Origin: Candidatus Latescibacterota bacterium
GTDB lineage: Bacteria > Latescibacterota > UBA2968 > UBA8231
Assembly: GCA_965203355.1 (NCBI GenBank)
Contig: OZ241889.1
Location: forward strand, 2,048,001-2,112,000
Reading direction: 5' to 3'
DNA length: 64,000 nt
In this document: piece after piece, positions 56,573 through 64,000 of the stretch
How the letters are laid out: each line of letters opens with the position of its first letter
Position numbering within the stretch: the stretch's first letter is position 1
Program-made: the position numbers and the translations under genes
Notes under the pieces: model-generated
The model's database searches: none
Told to the model about the DNA's origin: nothing
What the model saw: the letters and a program-made list of their open reading frames with translations, nothing else

Positions 56573-57363
56573 AGCCGCGCTTGGGCGCGGTCTCATACCT
56601 CAACACGCGGCCCCTCGTCGTTGCCCTCGAATGCGAGCCCGCGCCTTTCGCCCTGAGTTATTCGGTGCCCTCGCGCTGTGCGCGGGCGCTGGCCGAGGGC
56701 ACCATCGACGCCGGGATCATTCCCGCGATCGAATACGCCCGTAGTTCGCGCTCCTATTGGATCGTCCCTGATATCGCCATTGGTTCGCAGGGGGCGGTGT
56801 TGACGGTGCGCCTTTTTTGCCGCCGCCCGTTGCCGCAGGTTGAACGTATCGCCTTGGATACCAGTTCTCGCACTTCAGTGGCTTTGTTGTCCATTCTCCT
56901 GCGCGAAAAATTCGCTCTAACGCCGCAGTTGATCGAAGCTCCGCCCGATCTGGCGTCCATGTTTGAGTGCGCTGACGCGGCCCTGCTCATCGGCGATACG
57001 GTTTTCTCGCACTTGGACCGGGGCGTGGAGAGCTTGGACTTGGGTCGGGAATGGACGGCGATGACCGATCTGCCTTTTGTTTTTGCCTTTTGGGCTGGCC
57101 ATCCGCAGGCACTCACGCCCGCCCAAGTCCAACAATTGCAGCGGGCCAAAGAACAGGGGGTGCGTCAAGTGCCGTCCATTGCCGCCGCGTACAGCCGAGA
57201 ATGCGGGGGCTCGCGCGCATTCTACGAGCACTACCTGACGCACCACATCCGCTTTGATTTGGACGAGGCGGCCCAAGCTGGTTTGCGGCTGTTCTATCAA
57301 CTGGCCCACCGCCACGGCCTGATCGACGCGGTCCCGCGGCTGCGCTTTTATCCTGCGGCCTAA
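56569..57363 (+). CDS. mqnA: Chorismate dehydratase
   Basis: LGAVSYLNTRPL, SSRTSVAL, LLIGD, DLG.EW...T.LPFVFAFW. Confidence 0.9.
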   Translation: MKPRLGAVSYLNTRPLVVALECEPAPFALSYSVPSRCARALAEGTIDAGIIPAIEYARSSRSYWIVPDIAIGSQGAVLTVRLFCRRPLPQVERIALDTSSRTSVALLSILLREKFALTPQLIEAPPDLASMFECADAALLIGDTVFSHLDRGVESLDLGREWTAMTDLPFVFAFWAGHPQALTPAQVQQLQRAKEQGVRQVPSIAAAYSRECGGSRAFYEHYLTHHIRFDLDEAAQAGLRLFYQLAHRHGLIDAVPRLRFYPAA

Positions 57364-57375
57364 AGGAAGGTCGGG

Positions 57376-58263
57376 ATGGCTCCCTGGCAGGCCATGGCGG
57401 TGTACGGCCGCATGATCAAATTTTCCCACAGCGTCTTTGCCCTGCCCTTTGCCTTTAGCGGTGCCTTGCTGGCCGCGATGTACGCGGGCATTACGCCCGC
57501 CCAGATTGGCTGGATTGCGCTGGCGATGGTGGGGGCACGCAGCGCGGCGATGGGTTTTAATCGCCTCGTCGACCGCCACCTCGACGCGGCCAATCCCCGC
57601 ACCCAAAACCGCGAACTGCCGCGCGGCGTGGTCTCGCTGCAAGCTGTGGGGTTGTTCGTGGTGCTGTCCGCTTTGGTCTTGGTCTGGGCCGCTTATCAGC
57701 TCAGCCCTTTGTGCTTTTATCTGTCGCCGCTGGTTTTGGCCGTGCTCTTGTTCTACTCGTTGACCAAGCGTTTTACTTGGGCCTCTCACTTGGTTTTGGG
57801 GCTGAGTTTGGGCGGTGCGCCGCTGGGTGCTTGGCTTGCGGTAGCCGGTGGTTTTGACCTCATACCGCTGCTGCTCGGCCTAGGGGTGTTGGTTTGGGTG
57901 GCTGGCTTTGACATCATCTACGCCTGCCCAGACCGCGCCTTTGACATTCGGGCTGGACTCCACTCCATCCCGGTTCGCTTTGGCCTGGCCCGCGCCCTGC
58001 ACCTGGCCCGCGCCTTGCACTCATTGTTCGTGGTGCTGCTGATTATCGTGGGCCGCCTGGCCGGCTTGAGCTTTTTGTACTGGTTGGGTGTCTTAGTGGT
58101 AGCTGGCTTGCTGGTGTACGAGCACCGGCTGGTGCGGGCCGACGATCTGTCCTGCATGAACACGGCCTTTATGACGGTCAACAGCGCGATCAGTCTGATT
58201 TACTTTGCCGCGATCTGGGCCGATCTGCTCGTCTTTGGCGAGGGAGAATTGCTGCGTTTTTGA
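57376..58263 (+). CDS. UbiA-like polyprenyltransferase (MqnP-type)
   Basis: IKFSHSVFALPFA, ARSAAMGFNRLVDR..DA.NPRT..RELP, YSLTKRF, GFDIIYA. Confidence 0.9.
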   Translation: MAPWQAMAVYGRMIKFSHSVFALPFAFSGALLAAMYAGITPAQIGWIALAMVGARSAAMGFNRLVDRHLDAANPRTQNRELPRGVVSLQAVGLFVVLSALVLVWAAYQLSPLCFYLSPLVLAVLLFYSLTKRFTWASHLVLGLSLGGAPLGAWLAVAGGFDLIPLLLGLGVLVWVAGFDIIYACPDRAFDIRAGLHSIPVRFGLARALHLARALHSLFVVLLIIVGRLAGLSFLYWLGVLVVAGLLVYEHRLVRADDLSCMNTAFMTVNSAISLIYFAAIWADLLVFGEGELLRF

Positions 58264-58302
58264 CGGGGAGCTTGGTTGCGGGCGGCATGGGAATTAATTG
58301 AC

Positions 58303-61300
58303 ATGGCAGAATGCGAACACATCCTAGACAATCGCCAGCGGCGCGTCGTCGATTATTTGCGGCAGCACCTGTCCGCCGCCGAGATGTTTCGCCTCGTTTC
58401 GGCGTATTTCACCATTTACGGCTACGAGGCCCTGCAACGCTCATTGAGCGGCGTTGCGGATGTGCGCTTTCTCTTTGGGGATCCAGCCTCGGTCGGCGCG
58501 TTGGACCCCGGCGAGAGAGCACTAAAAGCCTTCGACCTGACCGAAGACGGGCTCGCGCCTCAACGCGCCTTGCAACAGAAATACCTCGCCCGACAATGCG
58601 AAGCATGGGTCCGCCGCCAAGGCGTCAAAATTCGCTCCATTGGCCAATCCAACTTCTTGCACGGCAAGATGTATCTCACTGAATCCGCTCACGGCGGCAC
58701 AGCGGTGGTTGGTAGCTCTAACTTCACGCGCGGTGGCTTGGGCTGCGGGACGAGTGCCAACGTGGAAATCAACTTGGCAACCCAAGACGCAGCTATTTGT
58801 AGCGAATTGCAGCAGTGGTTTGACGAGTTGTGGGCGGACAAGACGCTGACCAAGGATGTCAAAAAGGACGTGCTGGACGCGCTGGCGCGGCTCGGCCGGG
58901 AGTACGCGCCGGAGTTGATCTACTACAAAACGCTCTACGACTTGTTCCAAGCGGACATCGAAGCGAGGAAGGCCGGCGAAAGCCAGCTAAAAGATACGCA
59001 CCTATACGATACGGCCATTTGGAACGCGCTGTACGAATTCCAAAAAGACGGAGCTAAAAGTGCCATTGCCCGCCTGCTGCGACACAACGGTTGTATTTTG
59101 GCCGACGCTGTTGGTTTGGGAAAGACCTATACGGCCCTGGCGGTGATCAAGTTCTTTGAATTGCGCAATGAGCGAGTGCTGGTGTTATGCCCCAAAAAGC
59201 TGCGCGAAAACTGGGCGTTGTATCCTGTGCACAACGCCCAAACTGGCAATCCCTTCCTCGAAGACCGCTTTGGTTACACCTTGCTATCGCACACCGACTT
59301 GTCGCGCCGCTGGGGGCAAGCCGGTGCTATTGATCTGGCGCATTTCAACTGGCGCAATTTCGACTTGGTGGTCATTGACGAATCGCACAATTTCCGCAAT
59401 GACTCCAAGTCCCGCTCCGAAGAAGGCGGTGCGATTCGCCACAGTCGCTACTCGCGGTTGTTGGAAGAAGTTATCCAAGCCGGGACCCAAACCAAGGTGC
59501 TGATGCTTTCGGCGACACCGGTCAATACTTCGCTTATAGACCTTCGCAACCAGATTTATCTGATGACCGAAAAGCGCGAGGATGTGTTGCGAGAGAGCCT
59601 GGGCATTGACCACATCGGTACGCTGTTAAGGCAGGCGCAAAAGGAATTTAAGGCCTGGGAGACCACAGCCGAGAAAAGCGGCAAAAAAGACAAGACAACG
59701 TTACTGGAGAGATTGGGTGCTGATTTTTTTAGGCTGTTGGGCGGCGTTTCCATTGCGCGCTCGCGGCAACAGATCAAGCATTTCTACGCCGCAGAAATGG
59801 AGAGAATCGGCCAATTCCCCACGCGGCAACAGCCACAGAATCACTATCCGCTGACGGATCTGGAGGACGAACTTTCATACAAAAATTTATCCGCACAAAT
59901 CGAGCGGTTCGCTTTGTCCATCTACCGGCCGTCGAGCTACGTTACCAGTGCAGAGGCCAAGAAACGGTTGGCAGACGAGAAGAAGCAACTGCGGTTTAAT
60001 CAGGCCGATCGCGAGCGTTTCCTCATTGGCATGATACGAGTCAATTTTCTGAAACGTTTGGAGAGTTCGGCCCACTCGCTGATGGAAACGCTCGGACGCA
60101 CTATCGGCAAAATTGAAGCCTTGTTACAAAAGATAGATCGCTATGAGCAAAATCGGCTGCTGGACGAACGAGCGGACACCCTGCCAGACGACGATGACGA
60201 CGACGACGAATTTCTGATCAATCGGGCGCGCACTCCTTACCATCTGCGCGAGTTGGATTTGCCCCATTGGCAAGAGGACTTGCTAAAGGATAAGGAGACC
60301 TTGGAGGCGGTCTATGAACGGGTCCGCGTTATCACACCGGAGCGGGATGGCAAGCTGCGCAAGATCAAGGCGCACATTCGAGACAGAGCACAACATCCGA
60401 CGGTCGACCGGGATGGCCGGATCAACCGCAAGCTGTTGATATTTTCCACCTTCAAGGACACGGTCGAGTACCTGTACGAAAACTTGGCGACCTTGGCGCG
60501 CGAGTTGGGGTTGAACATGGCGATGGTCTCCGGGGATGTAACGCGCGTTGCTTCCGGCCCTAACAACTTTAACGCTATTCTGACCAACTTCGCGCCGCGG
60601 GCCCACGGACAGGCCAATAGCATGGACGAGATTGACCTGCTGATTGCTACGGATTGTATCTCAGAGGGGCAGAACCTGCAAGATTGCGATACCGTACTCA
60701 ACTACGACATCCACTGGAATCCAGTGCGCATCATCCAGCGCTTCGGCCGCATTGATCGCATCGGCAGCCGCAACCAGTCGGTGCGGATGATTAACTATTG
60801 GCCGACCAAGGACATGGAGGTCTATTTGCGCCTGCAAAGCCGCGTACAAGCGCGCATGGCCTTGGCGGACGCCACCGCCAGCGGCGCCGACGACCCATTG
60901 AACGAAGATCCGTCTGAGCCGCTTCAGATGGAGCTGAACTTCCGCGACGAGCAACTAAAGAAAATGCGCGAAGAGGTGCTGGACTTAGACGAGCTATCCG
61001 AAGGCGTTGTTATGAGCGACTTTACGCTCGATTACTTTTTTGCCCAATTGCTGCGGTATTTGGAGCAAAACAAGGCCGAACTGGAAGCCATGCCCTACGG
61101 GGCCTACGCCTTAGCCGATGGGGCGAGCGACGTCGCACAGCCGGGCGTGATATTTTTTCTGCGTCAGCGCAACGCCAGCACTGACACAAGAGAGCAAAGG
61201 GCCAGTCCAGTTCATCCGTACTATGCGGTATATGTCCGCGATGATGGCCATATCCGCTACGGTTGTAGCCATGCCCGGCAGGTGCTGGAATTGTTTGAAT

Positions 61301-61560
61301 CGGTAGCCCTCGGCAAGACCGAGCCGCTGCAAAGGTTATGTGATCAGTTCGACCGCGAAACCCAAAATGGCCAAGACATGGTTCGTTACGATAAATTGTT
61401 GAACGCCGTGATAGCTCATATCGGTGGGGCGGACAAAGCCGCGCAGATACGGCAACTGGGCATTCGCGGTCAGCGCAGTTTCAGGCTACCTGGGCAATCT
61501 GCCCCGCCGAGTAATGCGGATTTTGCGCTGACAACTTGGCTGATTATTGCAAAGGCATGA
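58303..61560 (+). CDS. PLD-nuclease domain fused to SNF2-family helicase (restriction/defence associated)
   Basis: FLHGKMY..GSSNFT; LADAVGLGKT, DESHNFRN, LSATP, SEGQNLQ, QRFGRIDRIG. Confidence 0.88.
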   Translation: MAECEHILDNRQRRVVDYLRQHLSAAEMFRLVSAYFTIYGYEALQRSLSGVADVRFLFGDPASVGALDPGERALKAFDLTEDGLAPQRALQQKYLARQCEAWVRRQGVKIRSIGQSNFLHGKMYLTESAHGGTAVVGSSNFTRGGLGCGTSANVEINLATQDAAICSELQQWFDELWADKTLTKDVKKDVLDALARLGREYAPELIYYKTLYDLFQADIEARKAGESQLKDTHLYDTAIWNALYEFQKDGAKSAIARLLRHNGCILADAVGLGKTYTALAVIKFFELRNERVLVLCPKKLRENWALYPVHNAQTGNPFLEDRFGYTLLSHTDLSRRWGQAGAIDLAHFNWRNFDLVVIDESHNFRNDSKSRSEEGGAIRHSRYSRLLEEVIQAGTQTKVLMLSATPVNTSLIDLRNQIYLMTEKREDVLRESLGIDHIGTLLRQAQKEFKAWETTAEKSGKKDKTTLLERLGADFFRLLGGVSIARSRQQIKHFYAAEMERIGQFPTRQQPQNHYPLTDLEDELSYKNLSAQIERFALSIYRPSSYVTSAEAKKRLADEKKQLRFNQADRERFLIGMIRVNFLKRLESSAHSLMETLGRTIGKIEALLQKIDRYEQNRLLDERADTLPDDDDDDDEFLINRARTPYHLRELDLPHWQEDLLKDKETLEAVYERVRVITPERDGKLRKIKAHIRDRAQHPTVDRDGRINRKLLIFSTFKDTVEYLYENLATLARELGLNMAMVSGDVTRVASGPNNFNAILTNFAPRAHGQANSMDEIDLLIATDCISEGQNLQDCDTVLNYDIHWNPVRIIQRFGRIDRIGSRNQSVRMINYWPTKDMEVYLRLQSRVQARMALADATASGADDPLNEDPSEPLQMELNFRDEQLKKMREEVLDLDELSEGVVMSDFTLDYFFAQLLRYLEQNKAELEAMPYGAYALADGASDVAQPGVIFFLRQRNASTDTREQRASPVHPYYAVYVRDDGHIRYGCSHARQVLELFESVALGKTEPLQRLCDQFDRETQNGQDMVRYDKLLNAVIAHIGGADKAAQIRQLGIRGQRSFRLPGQSAPPSNADFALTTWLIIAKA

Positions 61561-61594
61561 TAGAGGACGGATGCCATTCGCAAGGAAAAGATAT

Positions 61595-63283
61595 ATGAAT
61601 ATCAATGCCAGTATTATCGACCAGAGGGTATCGAGTATCCTTGAAGATCATTCCGAATGGCTGCCGGAAGGGAACGATATTAACAAAAAGAAGTCGGCGG
61701 CATTTGTGCTCCTGTGCATGTCAACGTGCCTTGAAATAACGCTTGCAGACAGTGCCGAATTGCTTACCGAGGGAGGGAACGATGCCGGCGTTGATGGACT
61801 TCACGTTGGCGAGGTTGAAGACGGTGATTTTCTCGTCGCGATTTTCCAAGGCAAGTACAAAGTCAAGGATCTGAGCGGAAAAGCAAATTTCCCGGAGAAC
61901 GATGTGCAAAAAGCTATAGGTACTGTACGGGTGCTGTTCGATCCCAATAGGAACGTCGCGCTAAACGAAAAAATAGCCCCTAAGATTGAAGAGATTCGCT
62001 CGTTGATACGCGATGCATATATTCCCAATGTTCGGGTGATCCTTTGCAATAACGGAGATCGGTGGACACCGCAAGCAGATAATTGGATAACTGGTGCAGA
62101 AGAGGATTACGGCGACAAAGTAAAATTTCTCCACTTCAACCACGATTCCATAGTCCGCATCTTGCAGCGCAGCAAACAGGTAGATACCATCCTGACACTG
62201 AGAGGGCAAGCTATCGTGGAAGATATGAACTATATGCGCGTTTTGGTCGGGCGCGTTTCCGTTCAGGAGATCCAACGACTGTTTAACGAACACGGAGACA
62301 GCCTACTCGAGCGCAATATCCGCCGCTACCTTGGCCTGCACACCAATCGCGTCAACACCGCAATTCACGAAACGCTTTGTGCGCCAAACAAATCTGACAA
62401 GTTTTATTTCTACAACAATGGCATTACCGCAGTCTGCGATCGATTTGATTACAACGCTTTTCAACAATCAGACTACCAGGTGCAACTCAAGAATATGCAG
62501 GTGATTAATGGGGGACAGACCTGTAAGACGATTCAAGAAACACTAAATGAAAGTTTGCCCAATATATTCGGCAAATCGGCTTATCTGTTGATTCGCATTT
62601 ACCAGTTGGCCGATACCCATAAAGAGTTTGTCCAAGACATCACTTATGCTACTAACAGTCAGAATCCAGTGGATCTCAGGGATTTGCGGTCTAACGATGA
62701 GATGCAGAAGCAGTTGGAGTTGGGCATGTCTGAGCTGGGCTATACGTATAAACGCAAGCGGGAGGAAGGTGGCAGTGATTCATCGATCATCACTAGTTCA
62801 ACTGCGGCAGAGGCCGTATTGGCAATCTGGCGAGAAAGGCCGCACCAAGCCAAATTTCGCCGCAAAGAGCATTTTGGAAAACTGTACGAGGATATTTTTA
62901 AGCCGCTCAACGCGGCTCAGGCACTACTCGCAGTCTTGATTTTCAGGGTTGTGGAGAACGAAAGAAAACGTCCGACAGCGGCAACGTCACCGGACTTTCT
63001 GCCCTATTCGTCCCACTACATCGCCATGTTGATCGGTCGCAAGTTGCTAAAATATAATGAACTCACCCTCGACCGAATTTCCCATCGAAACATTCAGGGA
63101 CTCTTACAGGTACTTAAGGAAAAGCAAGACCACTATTATGCGGATGCCATCCGATCGCTGGAAAATGCGTTAAAGGCTTGCTACGGCGATAGGGCTGTTT
63201 CACTCCAACAGTTGTCGGCGACTTTCAGGCGCGGCGACTTATTGGAGATGCTTGACGACCTCGATAAAATGGAGAAGGCATGA
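61595..63283 (+). CDS. AIPR family (abortive infection phage resistance) protein
   Basis: GGNDAGVDG, LLERNIRRYLG..VN..I..TL, FYFYNNGIT, QVINGGQT, ITYATNSQN..DL.SND; visibly lower GC than neighbours. Confidence 0.88.
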   Translation: MNINASIIDQRVSSILEDHSEWLPEGNDINKKKSAAFVLLCMSTCLEITLADSAELLTEGGNDAGVDGLHVGEVEDGDFLVAIFQGKYKVKDLSGKANFPENDVQKAIGTVRVLFDPNRNVALNEKIAPKIEEIRSLIRDAYIPNVRVILCNNGDRWTPQADNWITGAEEDYGDKVKFLHFNHDSIVRILQRSKQVDTILTLRGQAIVEDMNYMRVLVGRVSVQEIQRLFNEHGDSLLERNIRRYLGLHTNRVNTAIHETLCAPNKSDKFYFYNNGITAVCDRFDYNAFQQSDYQVQLKNMQVINGGQTCKTIQETLNESLPNIFGKSAYLLIRIYQLADTHKEFVQDITYATNSQNPVDLRDLRSNDEMQKQLELGMSELGYTYKRKREEGGSDSSIITSSTAAEAVLAIWRERPHQAKFRRKEHFGKLYEDIFKPLNAAQALLAVLIFRVVENERKRPTAATSPDFLPYSSHYIAMLIGRKLLKYNELTLDRISHRNIQGLLQVLKEKQDHYYADAIRSLENALKACYGDRAVSLQQLSATFRRGDLLEMLDDLDKMEKA

Positions 63284-63702
63284 AAGAGGACATACAAGCT
63301 TCCTTGATGAGGATGCCAAGCAACGACTTTAAGGCAGCAGCGCAAGATTTGTTAGCGGTCCTCGGCTATCGCAGCGCGCGTACGCTGGGCGGGCAGACGG
63401 GCGATGTGGCCGATTTCATCGCGCAGTTTCCCGCCCCAAAACCAAATACCAAGACTGAACTGGCATTCCGTGAGCACGTCCAATCGGTGCGGCTCGTCTT
63501 TCAGGTGACAAGCGACGAAATCACCGCTGTCCCCAAAATCCCGGCTGAAGAGTCCATAGATGAAATCGCCGCTGCGCTTGAAGTTCCGGTCAAAGTTATC
63601 CTAGAGACTATTTGCAGCGACCGCACGGTTAAACGCCGTGATTGCTCGTATCACTGGGCAGACAAAGCCACGCAGATACGGCCACTAGACATTCGCGGTT
63701 AG
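63280..63702 (+). pseudogene. Chimeric remnant: possible N-terminus of a restriction-modification protein joined to a degenerate copy of the helicase 3' end
   Basis: ATGA overlap with AIPR; last ~70 bp align to 61402-61473; N-terminal family assignment is from memory and unverified. Confidence 0.45.
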
Positions 63703-63749
63703 GCTGTTGGTCAAACCCGCAAAACCGAGTAATGCGGCTTTTGCGCTGA
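63632..63749 (+). repeat. Degenerate direct repeat of the helicase 3' end (61402-61531)
   Basis: Shared blocks AACGCCGTGAT, GACAAAGCC.CGCAGATACGGC, CATTCGCGGT, CCGAGTAATGCGG.TTTTGCGCTGA. Confidence 0.85.
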
Positions 63750-63775
63750 TCCAGCGCGCGAGCGGAGCAATCGCA

Positions 63776-64000
63776 ATGCCAGATTTTACAGAAGAAGAAC
63801 TGCTGCAAATCATCGCAGCCGGCGAAGCAGACCGCGTCGAATTCAAAGAGTCTTTGGCTGGCAACGCTGCTACTAGCATCAGGGAAGCGATCTGCGCTTT
63901 TGCCAATGATTTGGCTGGGCGCGAAAGCCCCGGCTTAGTCTTCATTGGTGTGAAGGACGATGGAACGATAGGCAACATAGCGGTCACCGATCCGTTGCTC
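63776..64000 (+). CDS. AlbA_2/Schlafen-like domain protein (5' part, runs off the window)
   Basis: Own translation: MPDFTEEELLQIIAAGEADRVEFKESL..IREAICAFAND..GLVFIGVKDDGT. Confidence 0.85.
   Translation, partial: MPDFTEEELLQIIAAGEADRVEFKESLAGNAATSIREAICAFANDLAGRESPGLVFIGVKDDGTIGNIAVTDPLL

Overview
GC-rich bacterial chromosomal window. The FlgD/CHU_C-tailed secreted proteins, the C-terminal TAVE..(S/T)W..IK tails and the futalosine pathway suggest an FCB-related lineage such as Latescibacterota; this is inference, not a database result. Layout: (1) 1-23 kb is an uncharacterised envelope/surface-protein cluster: a TPR lipoprotein, a PPIase lipoprotein, five paralogous secreted proteins with discoidin-like and FlgD/T9SS-like C-terminal domains, two paralogous ~950-aa probable outer-membrane proteins, a His-motif membrane-TPR protein and a CBM9/DOMON-like protein. 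Two of the five paralogs share a ~1.24-kb, ~99% identical, strongly G+T-skewed 3' module. (2) 23-43 kb holds a sugar ABC transporter, DinJ/YafQ toxin-antitoxin pair, M16 peptidase, MltF-like protein, TRAP transporter, rpiA, GNAT, IOR, def, FGE-domain and CBM9-like genes. (3) 43-53.5 kb holds a sigma54-driven amt-PII-porin-glnA operon with a NifA-like activator and recognisable enhancer motifs, plus a sigma70 gene with a half-decayed tandem copy behind a second sigma54 promoter. (4) 53.5-58.3 kb carries futalosine menaquinone genes. (5) 58.3-64 kb is the start of a defence island (PLD-SNF2 helicase, AIPR, chimeric remnant, AlbA_2 protein) with a degenerate direct repeat. No rRNA, tRNA, CRISPR array, transposase or reverse transcriptase was recognised. 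All annotations are by-eye motif recognition.
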